The translations under genes and the position numbers were made by a program. Positions 40,501 to 50,309 of a stretch of 64,000 bases of DNA are shown one piece after another. Numbering within the stretch: position 1 is the stretch's first letter; every line of letters starts with the position of its first letter. This stretch comes from Chthoniobacterales bacterium (GTDB lineage: Bacteria; Verrucomicrobiota; Verrucomicrobiia; Chthoniobacterales; Chthoniobacteraceae). Under the pieces are notes generated by a model. It did not search any database and was not told the origin of the DNA. It saw nothing but the letters and a program-made list of their open reading frames with translations. The stretch is taken from positions 64,001 to 128,000 of the forward strand of contig JBBQZX010000010.1 in the NCBI GenBank assembly GCA_038207335.1, read 5' to 3'.

Positions 40501-41689
40501 GCGCGCTTTTATCGGCGAGCGTGCCGATGCCGAAGTCGGTGAGCTGCGGATAGGATTCACCGTCGTCGCCAGTCTGCATGAGGACGTTCTGCGGCTTCAA
40601 ATCCTTGTGCAGCACGCCGACGGAATGCGCGGCGGAGACGGCGTCGGCGATCTGCGCGACGAGCTCGATGCGGCGCGAGAGTGGCACCTGCGCGATGCCG
40701 CCCTGCTTCGCGGCCCACTCGGTGAGATTGCCCTCGTCGGCGAATTCGCTTTCGAGAAAAAACGGCGGCTCGTCGAGCTTCACGTCGTAGAGCCGCGCGA
40801 TGTCGGGCCGCTCGCCGAGCACGTCGCGGAGGAGGCGGAAAAAAGTGAGCTCGCGCTTGAAGCTGCGGAGGCGCTCGTCGTCGAAGCAAAACTTGAAGAC
40901 ACGCTGCTGTTTCATCTTCTCCTGCTCCGCGAGCCAGACTTCGCCGAAGCCGCCCTCGCCGATTTTGCGCCCGAGCATCCAGCCCGCGCGACCCGGCACT
41001 TCGAGTCCGACGGCGGGCCGCCAGCCGAGCGTCTGCTCTTCGCCGGCGCGAATCGCGCGCTTCGCTTTTTCGCCATCCGGCGGCGCGGCGAGCGGCGCGG
41101 CGTTGTCCGCACCGACCTCGAAGACTTCGACCGGATCGTCGCAGCCTTTGAAAAGATACGGCCCGTGCGCGAGCCACGTCAGGGCAGGCGGCTCGACAGC
41201 ATGGGGCACGGCGGGATGTCTGCGGACGAAATGCCGCGCCTCGTCGAACGGCCAGCGCGTGAGCAAAATCTGACCGCCGACCGCAAGCGACATGACCCGC
41301 GCAACGAGGTCCGCCGCCGGTGCGAGCACATCCGCCTGCCCGAGCGTGGTGATGTCCGCGACCTCGCCGGCATGGATGCCGACGCGTGTGGTGAGCGGAA
41401 AAACCGGCCACGGCATCGCCCGCATTCCACTTTGAAAACGAAGCGCGAACCGCACGGCGGCGGCGACGCTGAAGGTCCGCGCGAAATAGCCGTCGCCCGT
41501 GTTCTTGATGAGCGTCAGGCTTTCATCCGCAGCGATTTGCTCGAAGAGCCGGTTGTGAAGCTCGGCGGCGGTCTTGTATTCGAGCGCGCCGTGGTGGGAC
41601 TTGAGCGCGGTGGAGCCGCAGATGTCCGTGAATAAAAGGACGGCAAACTGCGTGACTTCGTTTTGGGGAACCGGCGATGCCTCAGCCAT
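37505..41689 (-). CDS. Class III nucleotide cyclase - Hanks Ser/Thr kinase - TM - helical/TPR-like repeat protein
   Basis: LLFTDICGST, IKNTGDG, RVGIHAGE, AADLVAR; GEGGFGEVW, HKDLKPQN, TDFG, YAPPE, DVYALG; TM at about 40000-40063. Confidence 0.92.
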   Translation of the reverse strand: MAEASPVPQNEVTQFAVLLFTDICGSTALKSHHGALEYKTAAELHNRLFEQIAADESLTLIKNTGDGYFARTFSVAAAVRFALRFQSGMRAMPWPVFPLTTRVGIHAGEVADITTLGQADVLAPAADLVARVMSLAVGGQILLTRWPFDEARHFVRRHPAVPHAVEPPALTWLAHGPYLFKGCDDPVEVFEVGADNAAPLAAPPDGEKAKRAIRAGEEQTLGWRPAVGLEVPGRAGWMLGRKIGEGGFGEVWLAEQEKMKQQRVFKFCFDDERLRSFKRELTFFRLLRDVLGERPDIARLYDVKLDEPPFFLESEFADEGNLTEWAAKQGGIAQVPLSRRIELVAQIADAVSAAHSVGVLHKDLKPQNVLMQTGDDGESYPQLTDFGIGTLADKSALEAHAITAAGFTINTIISHGSGSSMTRLYAPPEQYTGRAYTVQGDVYALGVVLFQMVVGDFTHALAPGWEREVKDELLREDIADCVDGDPARRLASTAELSTRLRTLDARRTALAEALEKSRLAEELTAAKARAAVERERSKRARRIATVVGALAVAALGAGVFASWQAVRARSAERLASDRLSDAGAARDAAESLINEAIYGLRKKLLPLGKVELLEEMVAAAAAYYRTLPGALSNDEVQRHIASLALNRALIDGALGHDDEYEKHTREALGIMETLIIKHPADEKLQEESCYAMLNLCYLFSDRSAHEALVATADTTIKRCEAWLKEHPNALWAMRYQALSHGAAAQALIRGFRKPLEGTSRLKILEAIAKRMREIGGETADVCEIEGFIHYGNANIAEKAPGSSNEGRMADFRLAENAFGRALELGGDSALLRETYLGAMHHAGLYQRRWAMESADENGMRNADAVIQKAMEGRRKLVELEPARAEWWRDLAHSYRVLGEFESDPVKSADYHRESLRCRDSAIERQSTRPLLYDERAWTICNFVDALLKVVPVDKAQAVELAARAVEDWAAAARLANFTPPNHPDSNEKIRILAKVCAVDAEASLPTLARARVALESLLGKLPSTSHVEVSYGNLLKLQRDTFGKLGRTDEAAKVSATLAILEETRLRDAPTANNDKAWEAQKNCWKLSDDFYKAPADERAAQFAHMEAYANETNAWLDQRQSFMGKREYALTRSATSGIRGTALNAMQRFAEAETLLRISLKQLEDAATSAPTDGERMLDLWEAAGTEIKLGFAIFKQGREDEGRKMHREAAEAREKIAGESHLVDRWREAGVAWREYAQLLAPEAEADLATAWEHAIALGRKAVEAATADKHSSTETLDQPRGQLAWNYLLAGNFLQRIHRESEAEKDFREGLALAATRTTANTGLGSSNQMLNIRFKLVKLLIQAKRMDEGRVELAAFEADLHAAEAKSGPDTIDREGRAWLEELRSKLSTE

Positions 41690-41909
41690 GACGCCGCCAT
41701 GGAAAAGTTCAACTCACCATGTGGCAAGCGCGCCATAACGCCTTTGTTCGGAAATCTGTTCGATCCGCGAGCCCGGCGTACACGCCACCAGCACCCATTC
41801 GCATTGCAAACGGATTCTCCGTTTGCGTCGTGCTCGGCGCGGACTAGCCTGCGCCTTCCTCCCCATCACGCCCGCCCTTCTCTCGGCGGTTCGGGGGCCG
41901 GGACTTTCC

Positions 41910-44900
41910 ATGAAAAACCGCTCTTCTCAGCGCCTCGTTTTTGCGCTGGCCGTGGTGGCGATTTTGTCCGTTTGGCTGACGCGACCGGCTCCGCAGCAAG
42001 TTGCGGAAAGCAAGGAGACGCAGCCTGTGGCGATCATGGCAGGCAGCGTTTCGCAGCCGAGCGCTGTGCGCGATTCCGCGCCGCAGGCGCCACCGCCGCG
42101 CGACGCTCCGTCGGCGAAGGCGCTGCCGCCGGATGCTGATCCGATCGCGCGTTTTGACGAATGGAGCGCGCGCTATCTTGCCGCGCCTGCGGAGAAGAAA
42201 GGCGCGCTGGTCACGGAAGGAGGGCGGCTGGCGGAGGCGCGGCGCGTGGAGATGAAAACGATCATTCCCGCCGATCCGAAACGCGCTCTGGATTCCGCGG
42301 TGCCGATGGTCGTGCTGCAGGCGTTGCCGGCGGCGATCGTCGCGCGGCTCGAGGAGCGGGTGAATGCGAACGCGTTTTACGGCGTGCTCGGCGTGACGCC
42401 CGATCCCGACGCGCCCGCACTGGATGAGCCGCCGATCCGGCGCGAGGTGCGGCTCGATGATGGCACGCGCTACGAGGCATATGTTTATGGCAAGCGGACG
42501 ACGCAGCCGACGACCGAGCACGCGGATGTGAACGGCATCGCGATCGACAAGGTGATCGCGCTCGATGAGCGCCGCCTGCGCGTGCTCGAAGCGGGCGAGC
42601 GGCCCGATCTGGGCAAGGCTATTTTCTACGTCTGCCCGATCTCCGGGAAGACCGTCGTGGTGAAGAAAACCGATGACGGCGCACCGCCGCCGATCGACGC
42701 GAGCACGCCGGCGGTGGAGGTCGGCGGCGAAATTCATTACATCTGCGATTGCGGCCATATCCACGCGGTCGAGGAAGGGCTGGTCGCGGCGGAAGGCGGC
42801 AGCGGGCCGGTGAAGCCGACGGGCAGCATCGCGACTTCGCAGAGCACGGGCGTGCGCACGGTGCTCTACATGCGCGTCACTTTTCCCGAGACGAATCTCC
42901 AGCCGCAGAGCGAAGCCGAGGCTTACGACCTGATGCGGCAGGTGAACGACTTCATGGTCGAGAGCAGTTACGGCTCGGTTTATCTGCTCACGACGGTGAC
43001 GCCGCTGCTCGTCATGCCGCACTCGAAGGCGTGGTATGAAAGCGGCGGCGGCAGCGAATATGACGTGCGCTCCGATGCGCAGGCGGCGGCGCTCGCGCTC
43101 GGCTACGACTGGAATCAATACGATCACGACGTGACCGCCTACACAGGCGGGCCGGGAACTTTCAGCGGGCTCGGCTATGTCGGGTCGAAAGGCATCTGGC
43201 TGCGCAGCCGTAGCGTCGGCGTGGCGGCGCACGAGTTCGGGCACAACTTCGGGCTGTGGCACGCGAATTTTTGGAACACGAACGATAAGACCTCGATCGG
43301 CAGCGGCTCGAATCTGGAATACGGCAACAGCTTTGACACGATGGGGCCGGCGAACGCGGGCGATTATCACTTCAATGCTGCGCACAAAACGCGGCTCGAC
43401 TGGCTCGCGCAGCAGACCTTTGTGACGCAGGTGACGCAGAGCGGCAGGTATCGGATTTTCGCGTTCGATCAGCCGCGGCTCGATCCGGCGAACCGTTATT
43501 CGATGCGGATTCGCAAGGACAGCCAGCGCGAATATTACGCGGAGTTCCGGCAGAAATCGTTCGGCGAAAATGCGTGGGTGCGCGACGGCATCCTGCTGAA
43601 CTGGGCACCGTGGTCGGGCAGCAACGGCAGCAACGGCGGGTCGCAACTCATCGATACGACGCCGGGCACCCCGGGCGGGCGCACTGACGCGGCGATCACG
43701 ATCGGGCGCACGTTCTCGGATTTCGAGAGCGGCATTCACATCACGCCGATTGGCAAAGGCGGCACGGTGCCGGAGTCGATGGATGTCGTGGTGAACGTCG
43801 GCACATTTCCCGGCAATCGCCCGCCGACGCTGACGGTGAACGCGAGCGCGTCCAACGCCCCCTCGAACACGCCGATCAATTTCACCGCGAACGCCAGCGA
43901 CCCCGACGGCGACGCGCTGAGCTACGCGTGGGATTTTGGCGATAGCACTTTCAGCAACACGAACTCGCAGTCGGTCTCCAAAACGTGGGCGTCCGGCGAC
44001 TACGTGGTGCGCTGCGTGGTTTCGGACATGAAGGGTCAGACCGCGAGCGATTCGGTGGCCGTGCATGTCGGCAACAACACGAACTTTCGCGTGAGCGGCA
44101 AAGTCACGCTCGGCGGGCAGCCGCTCGCCAACGTGATCGTGAGCACGAGCACGGGTTCCGTCGGCGCGATCACCGACAGCGACGGCACTTACACGATCGG
44201 CGGGCTTTACGCGCAGGACATTTCGCTCACCGCGACGCTCGGCGGCTACACGTTCACGCCGACTTTCACGAACCCGTTTCACACCGAGCCGACCGTCACG
44301 AACGCGGATTTCGTCGCGACGCAAACGCCGGTCGTCACGCTCACTGTGACCGATGCGGACTGCTCGGAAGCGGGCGGAAACACCGGCACGTTTCACCTCG
44401 CGCGCACCGGCTCGACGGCGGCGGCGTTGACCGTGAATTTCCTCACTTCGAGCGGCACGGCGACGAAGGGAACCGATTATTCGCTCACGCCGTCGGTCAG
44501 TTATTTCGTGATCATGGCCGCGGGTCAGGCATCGGTCGATGTGGTGCTCACGCCGGTAAATGATGCGACTGGCGAAGGCCCCGAAACGGCGACGCTCGAA
44601 ATGGCGCCGGGCAGCAGCTACGAGATCGCGGGCTCTGCTTCCGCGTCGATCGTCATTCAGGATAATGACACGACGCTGCCGGTCGTGAGCCTGCGCGTGA
44701 CGGACGACGAAGCGCGCGAAACCGGCGACACCGCGGCCTTTCTCGTCTCTCGCACGGGCCCGACCACGAGCGCGCTCACCGTGCATATCAGCACGGGCGG
44801 ACAGGCGACGCCAGGCAGCGATTATGTGAGCATCGGCACGCAAGTCACGATCCCGGCGGGCGCTGTGTCCGCGCCGATCGTCATCACGCCGCTCGACGAC

Positions 44901-47900
44901 AATCTCGCGGAAGGGACGGAAACGGTGCAGGTCGATCTCGTCGCGAATGCCGCTTACATCCTCACGCCGGACAACGCCGGACTCGAGGGCACGATCAATC
45001 TCGTGGACGACGACATCGCGACGATCACGGTCACCGCTGGCGACGACGTCGCGTATGAATCGGGCAACGATCCCGCGACCTTCGTCGTCACGCGCACCGG
45101 CAGCACCGCACAGCCGCTCACGGTGGATTATGCGCTCGGCGGCAGCGCGGCGCACGGCGTCGATTACGCCGCGCTGCCCGGCGTCCTGACGATTCCCGCC
45201 GGATCGACTGTCGGCAGCGTGACCGTCGTGCCGAAAAACGACGCGTTCGGCGAGCCGCAGCAAACCGTATCGCTGCAACTCCGCGGCAAGGCGACCTACG
45301 TCGTCGGCGAGCCGGGCAACGCGACCGTCACAATCACCGACAGCAGCGACCCGCCCGTGGTCGCAATCGGCGTGAGCGATGGCGACGCGGGCGAGCCTTT
45401 GTCGCCCGGAAAGTTCAAGTTCACGACCACCGGCACGGGCACGGGAAACATCACGATTCACTACACCGTGACCGGCACCGCGACGCCCGGCGCGGATTAC
45501 GTCGCGCTCCCCGGCACGCTCAGCATGGGCCGCAACACGACCGCGGAAATCACCGTCACGCCGATCGACGACAACGTACCGGAGGGATTCGAAACCGTTG
45601 TGGTTACAATTGATCCCAACCCTGCCTACACGTCGTTTCTCGACACGAGTGCGACGATGAATCTCGTCGATGACGACCAGCCGGTGGTCAGCATTTCCAC
45701 AACCAACTCCTCCTTTTCCGAAAACGGCGCGCAGGCAAATTTCTGGTTCTCGCGCGCGGGCTCCACGGTCTCCGCGCTGACCGTGAACTACACGCTCAGC
45801 GGCACCGCGACGAACGGCGCCGATTACGTTTCGCTGCCCGGCACGATCACGATCCCGGCGGGCGCTGGCGGAGTCGCGCTCAACGTCACGCCGATCGACG
45901 ACACGCTGAAGGAAGGCACGGAAACGCTCGTGCTCACGATCGCGCCGGGCGCTTACGGCGTCGGCCTCGGCAGCGCGAAGTATTACCTCGCCGACAACGA
46001 TTCGCCCGCGGTGCAGGTGCGATTTTCCACCTCGACCGGCAGCGGCAGCGAGAGCGCCGGCACGGTGAATGTGCCCGTCGTTTTGAGCGCGGTCGCGGCG
46101 GTGCCGGTGACGGTCGAATACGCGATCGGGGGCGGCACGGCGACGGGCGGGATCGACTATTCGCTCACGCCGACCGTGCTCACTTTCGCGCCCGGCGAGT
46201 ATTCGAAAACGATCCCGCTGACGATCCTGGAAGATGACACCGTCGAACCGAACGAGACGGTTTTCGTGCGCTTGCTAAATGCGAACGGCTCTGGGCTCGG
46301 CCCGAACACTTACACCTTCACGATCAACGACGACGACGCGCCGCCCGCGCCGACCGTCGGCTTCGCGGCGACGGGCGCGACCGGACTGGAATCGGTATCG
46401 CCCGCGCAAATCGTCGTCTCGCTGAGCGCGGCGCAAAGCGGGAGCGTGAGCGTCGATTACGCCATCACCACCGAGACCGGCGGCACGGCGACGAGCGGCG
46501 CGGACTTCACGCTCGCGGCCGGCACGCTGGTTTTCGCGCCCGGCGAGACGGCGAAGATCGTGCCGAACACCATCGTCAACGACACCACGCCGGAGCCGAG
46601 CGAAACGCTCGCGCTCACGCTCAGCAATGCGGTCGGCGCGGGCCTCGGCGCGAACACGTTGTTCACTTACACGATCATCGACGACGACGCGGCGACGCTC
46701 ACGATCACCGCCGCCGATCCGACTGCGAGCGAGTCCGGCGATACGGGCAGCTTCACGCTCACGCGCACCGGCGTGCTCACGTCGGCGCTCACCGCGAACC
46801 TCACGATCGCTGGCACCGCGACGAACAGCACCGATTACGTGAGCATCCCGGCGACGGTCGCCTTCGCCGCAAACTCCGCGACGGCCACGATCGTCGTCGC
46901 GCCGATCGCGGACAGCTTTCCCGAAGCCGATGAAACGGTCGTCGTCGCGCTCGCAAATGGCGCGGGTTACACCGTCGGCAATCCGGCCAGCGCGACCGTC
47001 ACGATTCTCGACGAGAACGAATCGAACGCGGCACCGACGCTCACGCTGCAACGTCCCGCGATCAACGACATCGCGATCCCCAGCGGTGTCGGATTGATTC
47101 TGAAAGCCACGGCCAGCGACGACGGTCACCCGCTGGTGCCGGGCGCGCTGACCGTCGCGTGGACGCGCGTGAGCGGGCCGGGCGCGGTGACTTTTGGAAA
47201 CGCCGCCACCGCGAACACGACCGCGATTTTCTCCGCGGATGGCGCCTATGTTTTGCGGCTCACCGCGAGCGACGGCGCGCTCGAAAGCACGCTCGATCTC
47301 GCCGTGAATGTCGGCGCGAGCGCGCAACCGTGGACGAGTGAGGACATCGGCGGCGCGACGCCCTCGGGCAGCGATTCGGAAAGCGGCGGCACATTCACCG
47401 TGCGCGGCGGTGGCACGAACATCTCGGGCACGAGCGATCAATTTCACCTCGTCTCGCAGACGCTGATCGGCGACGGCACGATCACCGCCCGCGTCGTGAG
47501 CATGACCGGCGGCGGCAATTCCGCGAAAGCCGGCGTGATGCTACGCAACGCCACCGCCGCCAATTCGCGCGCCGCATTCGCGTCGTCGTATCTGCCGACA
47601 AGCCCGAATGGCGCGAACACTTTCCGCACGCGCGCGACCGACGGCGCGAGCTTCAACACGACCACGACGAGCGGCACCGCGAGCTATCCGATGTGGTTGC
47701 GCGTCGTCCGCAGCGGCGACAATTTTTCAGGCTTCACCTCGCCCGATGGCCAGACGTGGACGCAAGTCGGCGCGTCGCGGACGGTCTCCATGAGCGCGCC
47801 GCTGCTCGCCGGCCTCGCCGTCACGTCGAACAACACGAGCGCGCTCTGCACCGCCGTCTTCGACAACGTGACAATCACCAACGGCCCGCCGAATCTCGGC

Positions 47901-48884
47901 CCGCTCGTCAATGCCGGAGCGGATGTGGCCGTCAGTTTCCCCACGCCCGCGCCGCTCGCTGGCAGCATCAGCGACGACGGCAAACCGCTGCCCGCGAACC
48001 TCACGAGCACTTGGCAAACGGTCAGCGGTCCGGGCGAAGTCGGCTTTGCAAATCCGAACGCCGCAAGCACCACGGCGACGTTCGACGTGCCCGGCACCTA
48101 TCTCCTGCGCCTCGTCGCGGACGACGGCGAAGTGGCGACGTTCGACGACGTGCACGTATCGACCGTCGCGCCGACCGTCACCGTCGTCGCCACCGACGAC
48201 ACCGCCACGGAGGTCGGCCCGACGACGGGCACATTTACTATCTCGCGCACCGGCCACACCGCCTCCGCGCTCGTCGTCCGCTTCACCCAAGGCGGCACTG
48301 CCGAGGTCGATGACGACTACATTTCCGTGGGCAGCCAAGTCACGATCCCGAGCGGTGCGGCAAGTGCGGAAGTCGTCGTGACGCCGAACACCGACACCAC
48401 CGCGGAAGGCGACGAAGCGGTGACGCTCATCCTCGCGACCGATCCCGCATACGTGATCGGCACCAGCGACACCGCGACCGTCACGATCACCGACGCACCA
48501 ATGGACGCCTGGCGCTTCGCACACTTCGGCGCAGCCGCAAACGACCCGCTCATTTCTGGCGACAGCGCGAACCCCGACGGCGACGGGTTGGTCAATCTCC
48601 TCGAGCGTGCCCTCGCCTCCGACCCTCTCACGAATGACGCCAGCGCGCTCCCCGTTTTCGCCCTCGAAGGAACCGACGCGACCCTCACCTATCGCCGCCC
48701 AGCATCCGCCGCCGACCTGACTTACACCTTGGAAACATGGAGCGCTCCCGACGGTTGGAGTGCCATCCCTTTCACCGAAGAAATCCTCACCGACGACGGC
48801 ACCACGCGCAGCGTGAAAGTCCGCATCCCTCTCAATGGGGCAACCACGATGATGCTGCATTTGAGAGTCATTCGCACTCCCTAG
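41910..48884 (+). CDS. Giant extracellular metzincin (M11-like) with PKD, multiple Calx-beta and DUF1349/LamG-like domains
   Basis: HEFGHNFGLWH + EYGNSFDTMG; DPDGDALSYAWDFGD; repeated GTAT.G.DY...DD...EG.ET units; AKAGVMLR...WLRVVRSGD. Confidence 0.9.
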   Translation: MKNRSSQRLVFALAVVAILSVWLTRPAPQQVAESKETQPVAIMAGSVSQPSAVRDSAPQAPPPRDAPSAKALPPDADPIARFDEWSARYLAAPAEKKGALVTEGGRLAEARRVEMKTIIPADPKRALDSAVPMVVLQALPAAIVARLEERVNANAFYGVLGVTPDPDAPALDEPPIRREVRLDDGTRYEAYVYGKRTTQPTTEHADVNGIAIDKVIALDERRLRVLEAGERPDLGKAIFYVCPISGKTVVVKKTDDGAPPPIDASTPAVEVGGEIHYICDCGHIHAVEEGLVAAEGGSGPVKPTGSIATSQSTGVRTVLYMRVTFPETNLQPQSEAEAYDLMRQVNDFMVESSYGSVYLLTTVTPLLVMPHSKAWYESGGGSEYDVRSDAQAAALALGYDWNQYDHDVTAYTGGPGTFSGLGYVGSKGIWLRSRSVGVAAHEFGHNFGLWHANFWNTNDKTSIGSGSNLEYGNSFDTMGPANAGDYHFNAAHKTRLDWLAQQTFVTQVTQSGRYRIFAFDQPRLDPANRYSMRIRKDSQREYYAEFRQKSFGENAWVRDGILLNWAPWSGSNGSNGGSQLIDTTPGTPGGRTDAAITIGRTFSDFESGIHITPIGKGGTVPESMDVVVNVGTFPGNRPPTLTVNASASNAPSNTPINFTANASDPDGDALSYAWDFGDSTFSNTNSQSVSKTWASGDYVVRCVVSDMKGQTASDSVAVHVGNNTNFRVSGKVTLGGQPLANVIVSTSTGSVGAITDSDGTYTIGGLYAQDISLTATLGGYTFTPTFTNPFHTEPTVTNADFVATQTPVVTLTVTDADCSEAGGNTGTFHLARTGSTAAALTVNFLTSSGTATKGTDYSLTPSVSYFVIMAAGQASVDVVLTPVNDATGEGPETATLEMAPGSSYEIAGSASASIVIQDNDTTLPVVSLRVTDDEARETGDTAAFLVSRTGPTTSALTVHISTGGQATPGSDYVSIGTQVTIPAGAVSAPIVITPLDDNLAEGTETVQVDLVANAAYILTPDNAGLEGTINLVDDDIATITVTAGDDVAYESGNDPATFVVTRTGSTAQPLTVDYALGGSAAHGVDYAALPGVLTIPAGSTVGSVTVVPKNDAFGEPQQTVSLQLRGKATYVVGEPGNATVTITDSSDPPVVAIGVSDGDAGEPLSPGKFKFTTTGTGTGNITIHYTVTGTATPGADYVALPGTLSMGRNTTAEITVTPIDDNVPEGFETVVVTIDPNPAYTSFLDTSATMNLVDDDQPVVSISTTNSSFSENGAQANFWFSRAGSTVSALTVNYTLSGTATNGADYVSLPGTITIPAGAGGVALNVTPIDDTLKEGTETLVLTIAPGAYGVGLGSAKYYLADNDSPAVQVRFSTSTGSGSESAGTVNVPVVLSAVAAVPVTVEYAIGGGTATGGIDYSLTPTVLTFAPGEYSKTIPLTILEDDTVEPNETVFVRLLNANGSGLGPNTYTFTINDDDAPPAPTVGFAATGATGLESVSPAQIVVSLSAAQSGSVSVDYAITTETGGTATSGADFTLAAGTLVFAPGETAKIVPNTIVNDTTPEPSETLALTLSNAVGAGLGANTLFTYTIIDDDAATLTITAADPTASESGDTGSFTLTRTGVLTSALTANLTIAGTATNSTDYVSIPATVAFAANSATATIVVAPIADSFPEADETVVVALANGAGYTVGNPASATVTILDENESNAAPTLTLQRPAINDIAIPSGVGLILKATASDDGHPLVPGALTVAWTRVSGPGAVTFGNAATANTTAIFSADGAYVLRLTASDGALESTLDLAVNVGASAQPWTSEDIGGATPSGSDSESGGTFTVRGGGTNISGTSDQFHLVSQTLIGDGTITARVVSMTGGGNSAKAGVMLRNATAANSRAAFASSYLPTSPNGANTFRTRATDGASFNTTTTSGTASYPMWLRVVRSGDNFSGFTSPDGQTWTQVGASRTVSMSAPLLAGLAVTSNNTSALCTAVFDNVTITNGPPNLGPLVNAGADVAVSFPTPAPLAGSISDDGKPLPANLTSTWQTVSGPGEVGFANPNAASTTATFDVPGTYLLRLVADDGEVATFDDVHVSTVAPTVTVVATDDTATEVGPTTGTFTISRTGHTASALVVRFTQGGTAEVDDDYISVGSQVTIPSGAASAEVVVTPNTDTTAEGDEAVTLILATDPAYVIGTSDTATVTITDAPMDAWRFAHFGAAANDPLISGDSANPDGDGLVNLLERALASDPLTNDASALPVFALEGTDATLTYRRPASAADLTYTLETWSAPDGWSAIPFTEEILTDDGTTRSVKVRIPLNGATTMMLHLRVIRTP

Positions 48885-48925
48885 GGCCGCGAGCTTGCCC
48901 GGTGAGTGCCATTCGCTATGGCGCG

Positions 48926-49159
48926 TCAGAACTCCCCGTTGCCGTTGCGCTTTCCGACTTCGCCGAGGACTTGGCGCGTGCGGTCGAGCGGCCGCTTCAG
49001 CGCGTTGGTTTGCGGGAGCGGCGCGTTTTCCTGCGGGGCTTTCGTGAGCGGCGCGAGTTCCGGTGCCTCCATCGTTTTCGTCACCTCCGCGACCGGCGAG
49101 GCGCGGACGAACATGAAGTAAACCACCGCAAGGGTGACCATGAGCACGAGGTATTTCAT
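48926..49159 (-). CDS. Small exported/membrane-anchored hypothetical protein (77 aa)
   Basis: MKYLVLMVTLAVVYFMFVRA...NALKRPLDRTRQVL; fills the gap between two plus-strand genes. Confidence 0.65.
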   Translation of the reverse strand: MKYLVLMVTLAVVYFMFVRASPVAEVTKTMEAPELAPLTKAPQENAPLPQTNALKRPLDRTRQVLGEVGKRNGNGEF

Positions 49160-49197
49160 GCTTGCGATGAAAGCAGGCGGTGCGCCACAGGGGCGCA

Positions 49198-50301
49198 GTG
49201 AAAATCGCGATCGTTCACTACTCGGCACCCCCGGTGATCGGCGGCGTGGAGACAATCGTGGCAGAGCACGCGCGGCTTTTCGCGGAACATGGGCATGAAG
49301 TCCGAATTCTTTGTCAGCGCGGCGCGGGAGGCAATCCGCGGGTGCGGGTCGAGGTAGTCGCAGACGCGGAGACGCTCTCCTCGAGGCTCGCGGAAATGGA
49401 CGTGGTGTTCCTTCACAATGTGCTGACCATGCCGTTCGATGCGGCTTGGACGGCGGCGTTGTGGGAGTTCGCGGAGCGGCACCCGGCAGTGCGCTGCATC
49501 GCGTGGATTCACGATCTCGCGGCACGCAATCCCGACTACACGGTCGCGCCAGCCGACCTCATCGCGTTGGCCTGCCCGCATTTCGAATATGTCGCGATTT
49601 CCGAGCACCGCAGGCGGCAGTTCGAAACGCTCACGGGCACGACGGCCACAGTCATTCCGAACGCCATCGATCCAGCCCGGTCGCTCGGCCTGAGCGGCAA
49701 TATCACCTCAATCGCGGAACCGCATCGACTGCTCGCACGGGACATCGTCTTGCTGCACCCGGCGCGACTTTTGCAGCGCAAAAATGTGGAACTAAGTCTG
49801 CGCGTGCTCGCCGCGCTGCGGTCGCGAGGATGCGATGCGTGCCTGCTCGTCACCGGCCCGCCAGATAGCCACCACCCTGCATCTGCGGCCTACGCTGAGG
49901 AGCTTCGCGCGCTTCGGGACGATCTGGCACTCGCCGCCGACGCCATTTTTCTCCACGACTTTTTCGCAGTCTTCGAGGCGGACATGCGCGGCCTTTTCGC
50001 CATCTCAGACGCCCTCTTTTTTCCCAGCAAGCAGGAGGGCTTCGGCCTCCCGATCCTGGAGGCTGCGCTGCATCGACTCCCGATTTTCTGCGCGAACATC
50101 GAGCCGCTCACGAGCCTCGCAGGCGGCGCGGCGCACTCGTTTCCTCTCGATGCCGAGCCGTCTGAAATCGCGGCGCAAATCGCAGATACGCTGGCCCTTT
50201 CTCCCGAATGGAGGGCGCGGAAAGCCGTCACGCGCGATTCCTCTTGGAGTGCGATCTACGACAAATTCCTCGCGCCGCTTCTCACCCCGACCGCATCCTG
50301 A
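49198..50301 (+). CDS. Glycosyltransferase family 4
   Basis: [35 protein letters not shown]. Confidence 0.92.
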   Translation: MKIAIVHYSAPPVIGGVETIVAEHARLFAEHGHEVRILCQRGAGGNPRVRVEVVADAETLSSRLAEMDVVFLHNVLTMPFDAAWTAALWEFAERHPAVRCIAWIHDLAARNPDYTVAPADLIALACPHFEYVAISEHRRRQFETLTGTTATVIPNAIDPARSLGLSGNITSIAEPHRLLARDIVLLHPARLLQRKNVELSLRVLAALRSRGCDACLLVTGPPDSHHPASAAYAEELRALRDDLALAADAIFLHDFFAVFEADMRGLFAISDALFFPSKQEGFGLPILEAALHRLPIFCANIEPLTSLAGGAAHSFPLDAEPSEIAAQIADTLALSPEWRARKAVTRDSSWSAIYDKFLAPLLTPTAS

Positions 50302-50309
50302 CGATTCCC

